Source: Octopus vulgaris
Taxonomy: Eukaryota
Direction: 5' to 3'
Length of the DNA: 64,000 nt
Assembly: GCA_951406725.2 (NCBI GenBank)
Contig: OX597829.1
Span: forward strand, 16,802,001 to 16,866,000
Each line of letters starts with the position of its first letter. Within the stretch, counting starts at the first letter, position 1. A program made the translations under genes and the position numbers. Positions 41,208 to 55,023 of this stretch are shown here, piece after piece. The notes below the pieces were generated by a model. It saw only the letters and a program-made list of their open reading frames with translations. It made no database searches and was not told the origin of the DNA.

Positions 41208-41728
41208 CATACACACACACACATATATCTGTGTGCGTGCGTGTTTGTGTATTTGTATGCATGAATATGTGAGGTACAGAGAGTAAAACTATATCACACG
41301 TACACGCACACACACACACGCGCAAACATATACATAATTCATATAACACGGGTTCACCAATCCATGTCTTCACCTACATTAGTTTTACTCCGTGTCCATT
41401 GTCAATCTGTCCCGCTGATTATTTCAGTTGTGATGCTTTTTTCCTTTTTCAGGTAAGCAATAACTTTTAGATTATAAACAAAAAAAACCAAAAACATTAA
41501 TGAATAGACAACTAAATAAATAAATAAATTGCAAGCATACCTGTTTGTTTTCCCTTTAATTTAAAGTCTCACGCTTCACTGAATGCTGCTCGCACCTAAT
41601 GTGACATTTACCCGTGTATATCATTTATACGCAATGTGTTTGGCGGACAAAATAGATCGCGAAGGCTTGAATGGAAATGTAGATCAATTTGTAAAATGTA
41701 TTTATAGCAATATACATAGTTAATCTCA

Positions 41729-41758
<30 letters not shown>

Positions 41759-41759
<1 letters not shown>

Positions 41760-42175
41760 CTTTTACTCTGTTACCTATTTCAGTCATTTGACTGCGGCCA
41801 TGCTGGAGCACCGCCTTTAATCGAGCAACTCGACCCCCGTGACTTATTCTTTGTAAGCCCAGTACTTATTCTATCGGTCTCTTTTTGCCGAACCGCTAAG
41901 TTACGGAGACGTAAACACACCAGTATCGGTTGTCAAGCGATGTGTGTGTGTGTGAGGGGGGGGGGCAAACACAGATACACAAACACACAAACACACACAC
42001 ATATATATACATATATACGACGGGCTTCTTTCAGTTTCCGTCTACCAAATCCACTCACAAGGCTTTGGTCGGCCCGAGGCTATAGTAGAAGACACTTGCC
42101 CAAGATGCCACACTGTGGGACTGAACCCGGAACCATGTGGTTGGTACGTAAGCTACTTACCACACAGCCACTCCT
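41759..42175 (-). mobile_element. SINE family B
   Basis: Homology to 18270-18670. Confidence 0.9.
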
Positions 42176-42568
42176 GTGCATATATATATATGTGTATGTG
42201 TGTGTGTGTGTATATACATGCACACACACATAAACCCACAAATACCCAAACAAACACATATATGTTTTTTGCTTATCTGTATTTTGTTTCTCCGTCTTCT
42301 TTCAGCCATTGGATTTGGTTATGCTGGGACACCCTTTGGTGAGATTACTTACTTGGATATAACACCATTAGATAACGTTAACGGCTTAAAGTAGTATTGT
42401 ATAACCATACAGTTTCCTAATATTAACAGTTATATTAACTTAATTACATAGAATTATTTCTATTTCTAGTGAAGTACTCATATATCCAGCACCATTACAT
42501 AGCATTAATAGCCTTATCGAATACGACAATATTACATAATATCAAGTATCTTACATTAAATTCGTTGA

Positions 42569-42638
42569 ATCTTTTCGGTTTGAACGGCAGTTTTTAACAT
42601 AATTTCTAGGTAACTAAAAAAATTTTAACTTCGTATAC
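42569..42638 (-). mobile_element. Terminal fragment of the MITE at 50190-50599
   Basis: atcttttcggtttgaacggcagtttttaacataatt is the reverse complement of 50562-50598. Confidence 0.75.
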
Positions 42639-42718
42639 AATCCACGCAGCAGACAAAAAAAAAAGAAAAAAGTCCTGCAACTGACTGGCATCCCGTCCAC
42701 TGTGGTGGGAAATATATA

Positions 42719-42935
42719 CATGAGGGGTTTCTGATAGAGTTCTTGGCTTTGAGTAAAAGGAAGTAGAGGAGGATCAGTTAATTATGATTTTAATCAACAT
42801 ATTCCCCTGACAGATTCACACACATTCTGCATCAGCCATTCAGTTTTTCTAAGCCCCGTAAAAGGATCGGAAGATTGGGCCTTCAACCAGGCTTTTCGCG
42901 AGACCCTTAATGCCAGGAAGTTTTCAGCACTCCTT
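42719..42935 (+). mobile_element. Mariner-like MITE fragment
   Basis: Begins (ta)catgagggg..tgatagagttcttggcttt, resembling mariner TACGAGGG-type TIRs. Confidence 0.4.
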
Positions 42936-42961
42936 TGTGTGTGTGTGTGTGTGAATGCGTG

Positions 42962-43016
<55 letters not shown>

Positions 43017-43018
<2 letters not shown>

Positions 43019-43408
43019 CTAATGTAGGATAAATTTTTTTTTTCGGGAAAAAAATTTTTTATCAATGGCCAGCATATCAAAAAATACCTTTAAAGGTTAA
43101 ATTTATAAATAATTTACAAAATGAGGGCAAACGAAAAATTCTAATGCCAAATATGCCGAAAAAAAGACAAAAATTATCGATAACCATTATAATTTATGCG
43201 TTTCGAAACAAACCGATAGAAATTTCTAAAAAATCCGTTATTACCGTATTGGTCCCAATTTCGGGGTTAATTCATAAGAATTTTCCCCTCTTCAGCGATA
43301 AATACGTGAGATATAAGTGAAATACTTACTCATACCCATGGAAAAAGCAAGAACTAAGTCCTGAGCAGACCTAAGTACCCCAAATATATCCAAAATAGAT
43401 ATTAAATT
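43017..43408 (-). mobile_element. Non-coding PLE pLTR-like monomer in (TA)n; same family as 7177-7825
   Basis: Shares taatgtaggataaa..tcaatggccagcata..ctaatgccaaatatgccgaaaa..atacttactcataccca..taagtaccccaaata. Confidence 0.8.
43241..43301 (-). ncRNA. Type I hammerhead ribozyme, intact core
   Basis: Minus: TTATCG-CTGAAGA-GGGG..aattc/gaatt..CCCC-GAAA-TTGGGACCA-ATA-CGGTAA. Stem III ATTGG-GA-CCAAT; AUA site. Confidence 0.88.
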
Positions 43409-44633
43409 ATATATATATATATATTTTTTTGTATTAAGTATTATTTATCATAGTTATTTTATTAATAAATCTTATAATATAGAGTGATTTTATTCTTTAT
43501 TTGTGACTTCATTCTATTTACACTGATAAACCATTAATGTTCCCATTCACAATCTTCATTGATAAAGCGTATTTGTTCCTCACGCTTAATGAATTCTTCA
43601 ACAATTTATTCTTTTTTTGCTAATAATGTAATTCCACGAGTATTCTTATAAACGCTGTAAAGACGTTTTCCGATTCAAAATTTTAGTTCATTACAAAACC
43701 TCGCTAAGATAAGTATTTATTTATATTTAAGATCTTTAAATTTTAAATTTTAATATTTTATAAGTCTTTGGTGTAATAATATTTTCCTTATGTAAATATC
43801 GTTGTTTATGTAATGATCTAATTATCGTAATTTTCTATATTATTAGATATTAAATTTAAGTTTATTCGTAAGATATTACATAGCGATAGATTTGTTGTTT
43901 GATAGCAAGTATACGAGGTGTCTAAAGTTAGGCTTTTGTATATACATGAATTAATAGTATTAATTGCAGTTTTAAATTTCTTATAATTAAAATTAGATAA
44001 ACTTTGATAAACTTAGATATGTTTCGACTAAAGATTGGTCCAGGCCATGTCTAACTTAATAGCATAACTTAGTTATTGTCTTTTTAAATTGATATTTGCT
44101 AGTTATTCCCATTGATAATTATATTTATAGTATTTATAGTATTTATTCGATACTATATAACTACGAATTGATTATTTCTATAAGTATTTTAAATAAGATT
44201 TCCGAAAGTTCGTTTAAGTTTGTTTGCTTGTATTTTTGAAATTAGCTATTTCATCTTTAAATATGAAAAATTAATTTATTAGGTCTTTATTATATGTGCA
44301 TATATATTTATTTATCGAGATTATTTTAGATCTTAATTATAATATTTATATACATTTATATATTTTCATTGTTAATTTATATATATTAGTCATTTTTTAA
44401 AAATATTTACGTAATTAGATATAGATTATTACCGATATTAGATTATTGGTGGGTTTCTTACCTTATAAATTAAAATTAATATTTAACATTATAATCGATT
44501 TTGATATAATCATAATTGTTAAGTTTTAAGTTTCTAGTTTGATAATAGAGTTTATTATAAGTAAAATTATTATATTATTTATATCTTTAAAATATTGTTT
44601 AAATATTTCTGATTATTTTTAAATATTTCAATT

Positions 44634-44727
44634 AACCTGAAGATTGACTGTAACCATAACTTGAATTATTAATTGGATTTAAATTATTATTATTCGAATT
44701 GGTACAGCCATGAACGATCGTAGTGTT
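44634..44727 (+). ncRNA. Degenerate hammerhead-like motif
   Basis: CTGAAGA, stem II tgactgta..tacagcca, GAAC (one A short), palindromic ACGATCGT, GUA; weak stem I. Confidence 0.4.
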
Positions 44728-45174
44728 TTACTCATGATCTTTTATTAAACTTTTAATACTTTTGATATTTAAAAGAAAATTAATTAATTAATTAATCAAT
44801 AGATAAAATAATATATAAATATAAAAATATACATACATATATATATATATTTGTATATATATATAAAATTTATAAGTTTAAATTATTTAAATAATTTTTT
44901 ATTTTTAACTTTTATATTTTAAAATTAATTTAATGTATTGGCTTATGTTTTTCACTGTTTGATCGGCCTAATAGTGGTTTTATCTCTAATTTAATTTAAT
45001 ATAATATAATATATTTATACTATAAAATTGGATTTAATCCTAAATCTAATTTTTCCCTGTAAGTTTGGATTTATTCCCTAATATTATTATATATATATAT
45101 ATATATATGTATTGCTCCAGCATGGCCACAGTCAGATGACTGAAACAAGTAAAAGAGTAAAAGAGAGAGTAAGA

Positions 45175-45229
<55 letters not shown>

Positions 45230-45559
45230 TATATATACACATGTATATGTGTGTGTGTGTGTGTGTGTGCGTGTGTGTGTATACACACAAGCACAACTTG
45301 GTGCTAGTCAACTTGTAGCCACTCTCGAGCATTTCTAAAAGTCATCCCTTATTCAGTTTTCAAACAAACTGAATGCGCTTTCTTTAAAAATGATGGTCCA
45401 ATCCTTAGTTACATTTTGAAATTAAATAGGAGAAATTTTGAGAAAAAAAAAGGTGGGTCAAAAATGGGAGAATAAGCCGAAAAAGGAAATCTCTAAACCT
45501 GGGTAGTACATGTTTTAAAAATGTGGAATATTATAACACTTAAGTTATATGCAGCATAA

Positions 45560-46100
45560 ACAAAACAACCACATTTAGCTCTCAGTTAGATGATGGCTCT
45601 TGAAAAGCAATGCTTGTTTCTTGCTTATGTTTGCTTTGCCAAAGATTGACATTTGGTTCAATACCTGTTATTTGTAAGACAAGGAGAAGCAGGTGCAGAA
45701 GAGGAGTCAGTATTTCGGTTTTGAGCAATAGATGGATCACCATCGATGGTAGATTGTGATCGCTGCTTCATCGGTTTATTGAAAATGTTGTAGATGGTGT
45801 TTAGACACGTTATAAATAACCTGTGTGGTAGACTTAACAAATTATTGAACACTGTTACCACAACAGTAAATAAAACCAAAACAAATGCTCTCGATTCCCT
45901 TCTGTTTCAACAGCTCTGTGTTGAGCATGATAAAAAAATTTTAACTTTTGTTGTTGCATATAGAAGTTCGATAATTGGGATGATAATTGGGAAAACGCCT
46001 GGAATATTCTATTCCTCCTTTTAAGTTGTTGAATTCTTGCAAGGCTCTAATTCTGTTCTTAGTGATAAATTAGGAAACATGAAGCAGGACTAACAAAGCT
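45560..46100 (+). pseudogene. hAT (Charlie/Buster-like) transposase remnant
   Basis: IDGSPSM, LNTV...VNK.K.NAL..LLFQQLC and LLHIEVR* resemble TDGAPSM..LLHTEVRWL of Buster transposases. Confidence 0.7.
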
Positions 46101-47002
46101 CAGTACGCTTTGAACAGGTTATACATGAATGGCACATTACTAGTGGCCATCACATCCGATTAGGTATATTGCTATGTGCTCAATATCTGGCAACTGGTTT
46201 ACATGATCAAGAAATGATTGTTTACTTGTCATAAAAAGCATTAATAAATACAGAGTAGTACTTTTACACCTTTTAAGATTTTATTAATCACTGCCGAAAG
46301 TTTATTCACCCACCGGTGCTCTATATGGACCGCTTTAAGAAGCGACGTTTTAGACTGTAACACAACTAAACAGGTATTCGGTATTATGTGTAGCAGACCG
46401 TGCAGTCTAGTACAATATCTCTACAATCAAACACTGTTGACTTTGTTAATCATCATAATATCTGGTTTGTGGTGTTCGGTTTCATAGTCACATTGTACCA
46501 TAAAGTCCCATAAAATCTTGGCGTGGTCATTTTCTACAACAACCCCCGCCACCCTGATATTTCTTTCCCATTCCCTATCAGGATGTTAAACTGCCTTACT
46601 ATCTTTGCGTGGCATCCCTTAATCTTTGTTATCAAATAGCCCTGCACTTTGTCTGGGCCCAGTGGTGGCTTTCAGTTGTTCATACGTTCACTTCTTTATC
46701 GAATTTCGTTCTCCGTAATTGTAATTTCTGAGTGTTCCGGATATACGGTGGTTCTCGTTAGATCTTTCAGCATTTCTGTTGTGTTTTCCCCTTTTATTCC
46801 AAATATTACCCCCAAAGCTTTTTACATTACTGTTCAATTGGTATTAACTCTTCTGTTTCTAACCTTCCATTAATTTCCTGTTAGAATTTCTTTTGGTCCA
46901 ACCTGTAGAGCTTGTTTTGTCGGAATTGCTTAATTCGCGGCTCATACCTGGATACCTTAGCTTTCTTTGAAATTACTCTTTGTTTCAGTTCTTCCAATAT
47001 AT

Positions 47003-47233
47003 ATTTCTTTATTACCCACAAGGGGCTAAACACAGAGGAGACAAACAAGGACAGACAAACGGATTAAGTCGATTACATCGACCCCAGTGCGTAACTGGTA
47101 CTTAATTTATCGACCCCGAAAGGATGGAAGGCAAAGTCGACCTCGGCGGAATTTGAACTCAGAACGTAGCGGCAGACGAAATACGGCTACGCATTTCGCC
47201 CGGCGTGCTAACGTTTCTGCCAGCTCACCGCCC
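47003..47233 (-). mobile_element. SINE family A
   Basis: TSD ttcttccaatata on both sides. Confidence 0.9.
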
Positions 47234-47682
47234 TCGTTCTTCCAATATAATGAATGTTTCTGTGTTAAATTGTTTCCTCGGTCGTCTTTAAGTTTTCATT
47301 TCTGTATCGATTTGTTTGTGGCTATCCGCCCTTATTGTCTGCCTCTATAATACTTGCCACCTTAAGCAAATCATTGATCTCAGTAAGGTTGGTTTTATGG
47401 ATATACTTCAGGACTTCATTCACTTTCAATATCTCCTGCTTTAGGTTAGAATTATCAGCCTTCCATTGATTACAGATATAGTCGTTGTCTTCCCTTATAA
47501 GTCTTATTATTTTCCTGCCGCACGGTATTTTTGCTCCCGTGTAGGTTTTCTTATCTAAGCACGTTCAACTTAAGGAGTGCAGTATCTTAAGCAGTATCTT
47601 ATGTTGCACATCTTCGAATCTTCCACTCTTGACATTAAGAACCCTTCTTCTAATTAGCTCATTCTCTGGATCCGTTCGGTCA

Positions 47683-48507
<825 letters not shown>

Positions 48508-48784
48508 ATCGCTCTAACTTGATCGCATTATTCTCTGTTTAGTTGTTTCAAATATTTTCCTTTCTTTCCATTGTCTCAGCAAACTTTCGTCTGTATCCTT
48601 CAGGTAGGTCTTGTATTTTCAACAAGTGTTACTCATTTACCTGTTTGCTTTAACTCAGTCTTGCTCTTTGGCTAGCAGTTGCTGGTTGACGACTGAGACC
48701 ACCCTGCTACACAGCGGCACCTTACCGGATGTGTCAACTTCACCACTGTTAGTTCCAGTATCATTCACGTCGGTGGATACGTCT

Positions 48785-49292
48785 GAAAGGATTGGAGACA
48801 AACACTTTCCTCTCTGGTCAATCTCTCATCAACTTCTCCAAGTATCACTTGAAAAGAAAAGTGAGAGCAGAGAAGCAAGTTTTGTCTCGCGAATGTTTCA
48901 AAAAACGATGGGTGAATGTAGCAAGGATGGCACGTATGAATGACGAAGCCACCTTGAGCATAATCCTATGAACCCAGAAATTGAAAACAGAGGGTTACTC
49001 ACTTGCAAACAAATGTGGTAACATGTAACATTATTGACCGAGGTTACCGTGGTCTTTTCCATTGGCTTTTCTTCCCACGTATAAACCTTATCTGCTTCCC
49101 CCTTTACACTTTACATCATAACACTGTGATACACGATCCCTATTGGTCGTTTTTTTCCTTCTTTCCCTTTTACGATCCCTTTTGATCGAAAACCTACCCC
49201 ACCCTTTTTTCTCCTCTCCCCAAAAAAGAAAAGCTCTACTTTGTAATCTGCCCCGTCTGTGTGCAGCCCTGTGTGGCTAATAAAGAAACATA
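48785..49292 (+). mobile_element. 3' end of Tx1/L1-like LINE
   Basis: Homologous to 54030-54520 and to the reverse complement of 14220-14380; tail cagccctgtgtggctaataaagaaa. Confidence 0.7.
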
Positions 49293-49710
49293 TTTACTAT
49301 ATCTGTATTTCGCATCTTTCTCTCCAGTTTGACGGATGTGTTTTAAGGTTTCACCTACCAGTGTTTTCTTCATAACAACATCCTTAACGAGATCCTCCCC
49401 ACTCCCGAACAATAAAGGACTTTTGTAATCCTGGTTAGATTTTGGAGTTTCCGTCTCCCAGGAGTGTTGTAACTCAAGACTAAATAGCCACTCCTGCCCA
49501 TGAAGCATATGCTTGTTAACCCATAGCCGGGACTCTGACCGGTGCACAGAGGAGACCTGGGAACAAAAATGGTTACGAAGTGGTTCCACACTACTCAAAA
49601 TCCTAGAAATTCCAAACTAGAACCCAACTATCGGACGCAGTTTAAACTCATACTCAAGATTACTCAGTTTAAAGTCACACCTCAAACTATTCTTATTAAG
49701 TTGACGTGTA

Positions 49711-49935
49711 AGGCGACGAACTGGGTGAATCGTTTATCACGCCGGACAAAATGCTTAGCGGTATTTCGTCTGCCGTTACGTTCTGAGTTCAAACACCGCC
49801 GAAGTCGACTTTGCCTTTCATCCTTTCAGGGTCGATTATATAAGTACCAGTTACGCACTGGAGTCGATATAATCGACTTAATCCGTTTGTCTGTCCTTGT
49901 TTGTCGTCTCTGTGTTTAGCCCCTGTCTTTACGTT
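49711..49935 (+). mobile_element. SINE family A
   Basis: Homology to 936-1166. Confidence 0.85.
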
Positions 49936-50189
49936 CTGGTTCTGGTTATGTATGGAAATAACTTAAACAGGGCCAATGTTTCATCTATAAAAAACGCAAT
50001 GCGAAACATTCAGCCAGAAGTTGGCAATTAATAGAAATTTACAATAGTTTAAAGTGGTCCAAGACTTCTGCACGGTACTGTATATTATTAATAACGTCCT
50101 TAAAACTTCAACGTTCGACTCGATGATGTAACTGCTCATTTGTTAACAACCTATTTTCGCTCTTAATTTTCAACAATTTTCCTTGTATG

Positions 50190-50599
50190 GGATCTTTTCG
50201 GTTTGAACGGCTGTTTTTTCTAGCGGTGTCATATGAAATTGTCACCCATAATTATGACCCTAGTATCGATCTATTGCATTTCAAACTGTTTTAGGGTTAG
50301 GGGTGGGTGGAAGGGTATCTTTTTTTCTTCACAAATGTAAATAAAACCAATCTGTTTCTTAATCGTGGGACATATTCATACGGCACAGAATGTTTTTTTT
50401 ACCTCAATAGACGTCAGTGATTGGTTGAAATTGAAGAAATTGAAGAAAAACAACAAATATCTTACAAACTATAGAATTTTCTCAATAAAGCCAAGAGAAA
50501 ATGATGTTTTATAAACACATTCTACCAGTATACGAAGTTTAAAATTTTTTAGTTACCTGGAAATTATGTTAAAAACTGCCGTTCAAACCGAAAATATCT
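50190..50599. mobile_element. MITE with ~25-bp TIRs and 8-bp TSD (Merlin-like)
   Basis: TIR ggatcttttcggtttgaacggc / gccgttcaaaccgaaaatatct. TSD CTTGTATG at 50182-50189 and 50600-50607. Confidence 0.8.
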
Positions 50600-52739
50600 C
50601 TTGTATGTAACTAGAATTGGTTATTTTTAAAAAGTTTTCTGGTTATTAAACATTTGAAATATAAGGTACATAGGTTAATGTTAAAAGGATTTTAAAAAAC
50701 AGATCACCGGATATCTCGAAAAACTTCGATATATATTTCGTAACTTTCTCTGAGATGAAAATGCATGGTTGTAGTTAGCATTGCCGTTGCTAGTATTAGT
50801 GAAAAGGCCAGACAAATGCTTAGCGTCGTCCCGCGTTCAAATTCTGCCACTTTGCCTTTCATCTTTTAGGAGTCGATAAAATAAACCCTCTTCGCAATAA
50901 TTTTAGGCCTTGTACACTCTAGTAATAAAAATTGTTTAAGAAATCTTTCTGGCAGGACTTATATCACACCGGACAAAGTGCTTTGCGGCATTTTTGTTCG
51001 TCTTTATGCAGTTGACTTTGCCACTCATAAATTCAAGGTGATAGAATAGGTAGCAATTAGGTTACCGAGTTCGATGCAATCGACGTAATCCTCCCTTCAC
51101 ATTCGCTAACCTTATACCAAAAATAATTTTTAAAAGAATTGACTAATGCAGAGTTTGCCCCGTCCTTGCTTTTTATGCATTAGACATGCGACTGATTCAC
51201 ACACGGGGACAAAATCTGGTTTCATAAATTAAATGGGAAAAAATGTCTCGATGTTTTATTAGTATTTTAAAGAAATACCAAAAAGTTATATTAATTAATA
51301 TCATTTATTTATTTCCAATATGCAACACTAATTAAAATAGAATGCGATTTTAATATTTTATAGCAAAGTAAATTGTGTTGTAAATTTATCCGTTATTTGA
51401 ACGTAAGCATTGTTCGCAATTTATTCTGTGGAATTAAGTCCATGTCATTACATGAAGCTACTAGAAAATGTCTTGTTATGGAATTGGGACTTTTATTCTA
51501 TTGAACAACTGACAAAGTAAGTTATACTTTGAAACATTTAGTAATTTCTAATTTTTTGTTATAAGAACAATGTTTCAATTTGTATATAGGTATTAACGGT
51601 TTTATACGATGTGATTATTGCTCAGTATCTTATTTTCTAGATCAAATATGCGTTGGTACATGGCCACAAAAGTGGAAATCGAGCCTAAGAGGGAGTATTG
51701 TCGTAGTCTGTCGCCTGTTAGAAATAACAGCAGAATTCCTTCGTATCTTATCTTATCGATTAACAAAACGTATATCACGCGAAGTCTAAATTTAGACAAA
51801 AAATGGATAGGATAACTGGAACACCTTTGGAAGAAGCTTTCGTTGTCTCCTAGGGTTAAACAAAAATCATACAAAAGCACAGAAAAGAACATTTACAATG
51901 ATTCTTCAGGGAACTGAAATAGTTGAAAAGTTACCTTTCCGGTTGCTAAGTAATTAACAGATATATTTATATATTCAACCGAATTCATAAATTCAATCGA
52001 ATTATTCGGCACATACAAATATCTAGACCACGTTAATGCATAGCTGTGTGTTTTAAGTTTGCTGTTCAATTTTTTTCATTTCAATACCACGTTACGACAT
52101 TTTCAGTGAGTGTCTTCTAGCATAGCTGGGGCTCAACCTTGTAAACAGAAATGGCTTTAGTGTTAGCCCTGTGGACATCCTTGAAATGTACCGTATCCCC
52201 AATTAGATATTCCGAGTTTGTCACAAAAGGTTATCCATTTGTCTTCCTGAACATTACGCAAAATGGTTCAAAAATATTCCGAAACAGTCAGCCACTTAAA
52301 TGTTAAGCTAGAAATGGTTAAACTTAATAGAAGGGTTAATATATATGACTAATTTCACCATCTAATAAGCAGAATCAATAGAAATATGGGAGCTGATGGA
52401 TTTGAATGATGAAATAAGGGGAAAAGGAAATATTTTAGCGATAAACCTTGAAGGTTACATATTTCATTATTATGATTTGAGGTAGTTAACATACGACGTT
52501 GTTGAAAATATCTTTTTCATAGGTTTCAAGCTTTAAACGTGAAATTATTATTTACCCCCTGCAATAATTTACTCAGTATCATGGTAGGTTGTTTTTGACT
52601 GTCATAAGTTTCTGCTTACAGAGAATCTCAAATTTAAATTTGAAAAGGACCAAGTATGGTGCCATTGGAATGTAAGTATTTTCAAATGATGTTGAATTAT
52701 TCTGCATTTATTTTTGAATATGAATTCAGTTCACAAACT

Positions 52740-52855
52740 GGTGGAGGTTAACAATACGCACACCACCTGTTTTCGGTGTTACCCTAACCGTAACCGTAAC
52801 CCTAAACCTTAATCCTAGCCCTAAACACCGGGTGTGCGTATTCTTTGCCTTCGCC
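52740..52855. mobile_element. 116-bp MITE with GG..CC TIRs, 8-bp TSD and internal telomere-like repeats
   Basis: ggtggaggttaacaatacgcacacc / ggtgtgcgtattctttgccttcgcc. TSD cacaaac(t/c) at 52732-52739 and 52856-52863; internal ccctaaccgtaaccgtaaccctaa. Confidence 0.75.
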
Positions 52856-52988
52856 CACAAACCGAGAATGATGTTTTAGTTTCAATCTCCAGCTGAAGGC
52901 ACTAGTTTATTTAATCCACTGATGTCATCCAGAAAAGAATGAACATTACAACCTCCTATTTGTCTTCCTCTACAAAATTAATTCGAAA

Positions 52989-53060
<72 letters not shown>

Positions 53061-53067
<7 letters not shown>

Positions 53068-53650
53068 CTTAGGGTAGAAAAAAAATTTTAGAAAAATTCT
53101 CCGCTACTAGTGGTCTAGCGAGAAGGAAAAAATAGTCAATAGACTATATATTATTCATAGAAAAATACAGTGTGCATTTAAACACATAGGAGATGACCAT
53201 AATAGGACATCTGACTCACTAGAAAGAGCAGTTAAACTCCAAACCACTAATAGTTGTAATTCTGAAAGGGAAAGAGAAATAAAAACGTTTACCCTATCTT
53301 TCCTGGACTATGCATAGTTTCGGCAATCTTTTGTAAATAAAATAAAATGATTTTAATTTACAATTGGCGTTGCCATCTTCAGCAGGAAGCCAAGGCTAAC
53401 ATATAGGCACGAGGCGATAAGGACCTTGCCTCGAATCTATATGCTATAACTTTTCAAAATCCACCACGCACGTGCGGTTTTTTCAGCAGTAAATATAATT
53501 GCCGATTTTCTTTCAAAATTAGCAAAAAAAAACTTTTATCGTTAGGGTAGCAACAGAATTACAACTATTAGTGGTTTGGAGTTTAACTGCTCTTTCTAGT
53601 GAATCAGATGTCCTATTATGGTCATCTCTTATGTGTTTAAATGCACACTG

Positions 53651-53655
<5 letters not shown>
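53061..53655 (-). mobile_element. Non-coding fold-back element: ~100-bp inverted arms (53163-53264 / 53554-53655) around an HHR, within (TA)n
   Basis: The arms are near-perfect reverse complements; long (TA)n on both sides. Confidence 0.85.
53300..53388 (-). ncRNA. Type I hammerhead ribozyme, intact, canonical GUC site
   Basis: Minus: TTCCTG-CTGAAGA-t-GGCAA..ttgtaaat/atttacaa..TTGCC-GAAA-CTATGCATA-GTC-CAGGAA. Perfect palindrome ACTATGCATAGT forms stem III. Confidence 0.92.
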
Positions 53656-53738
<83 letters not shown>

Positions 53739-54029
53739 GTCTACTTTTCTTAGTTATAATTTAAAATAAATGAGCATTAAATACAAAAGCAAGCAGAATT
53801 ATTCAGGCTCGGACAGATAATGTCTTTTGAGTGTTCCTACATCTCTTCGCATCTAATCTGAAGTCTCGGGAAAGTTATTGCAACTTCTGTCCGTCTGAAT
53901 CATTAAGAGATAATTATGTATGAAGTACGGGGCACTATTTAATTCTGAGGACCGTTAAAATATTAGAAATTCATAATTAATAAAAAATGTTACAATTTGC
54001 GTTTTGTTTCTAAGAATTTTGAGTCTATC

Positions 54030-54520
54030 GTTAATATTGCCCCGCCTCCTTCCTTCAAACAAGAAGAAATAGCTGTTTTCATTGTACTAGTGGCTATGGC
54101 GAAAGAATATGTATAGTGGACGGGTTTGAAAGGCCTAGAAACAAACACTTTCCTCCCTGGTCAATCACGCATCAACTTTTTCAAGTATCTCTTGAAGGAA
54201 GGTGTGAGTAGAGAGGGAAGTTTTATCCAATGAATGTTTCACGAAAAAATGGATGACTGTTGCAAGAATGGCACGTGAGAAGGATGAACCAAAGAGAGAG
54301 TACTTTACTCTAATGAACTTACATATTCCATTGTCCGAGGTTACCGTTGTCATTTCGTAGGTTTTTCTTTCCACGGATAAACTTCTGTTTTTCCACTATT
54401 TCGACTTTTCGATTCCTTTTGATCGTTGCTCTTCTCCACCTTTTTTCTTCCTTTCGAAAAGAAAAACTCTACGTTGTATTGTCTCCTCTGTGTCGAGCCT
54501 TGTATGGCTCATAAAGAAAG
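54030..54520 (+). mobile_element. 3' end of Tx1/L1-like LINE
   Basis: KQEEIAVFIVLVAMAKEYV*W matches REEKAVFLCLVAMAKEVV of 14390..14599. Confidence 0.75.
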
Positions 54521-54579
54521 TTATCTATCTATCCATCTGCCCGGCGTCCGTCCGTCCGTCTGTCTGTCTGTATATATAG

Positions 54580-54646
<67 letters not shown>

Positions 54647-54769
54647 CATACATATATATATACATATATATACCTATCCACTCTCTATCTACCTATCGAT
54701 CTATCTATTTGGCTCTCTCTCCTTCTCTCCGTCTCTCTCTCTCTCTTTCATATATATATAATCTATCTT

Positions 54770-54965
54770 TCGCAATGACACATCGCTAGCCACTATACCT
54801 TTTTCAATTTTCCATTTTCTCTCCCTGTTTACTTCTGTGTTCCTTTTTTGTTGAAGAGCGTAGGTTCGAAACGTAAAAAAACTTTCTCACTTCCCGAGCG
54901 TTAATCTAATACATCTGTTTGTTGTTTACACACCCGTCTTTTGTTTTTTGTAAATTCTCACTATA
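54770..54965 (+). mobile_element. Probable PLE pLTR remnant with degenerate minimal hammerhead (54844-54879)
   Basis: tttt-TTGTTGA-a-GAGC gtag GTTC-GAAACGTA-aaaa, followed by (TA)n; the core has two deviations from CUGANGA. Confidence 0.45.
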
Positions 54966-54966
54966 C

Positions 54967-55023
<57 letters not shown>

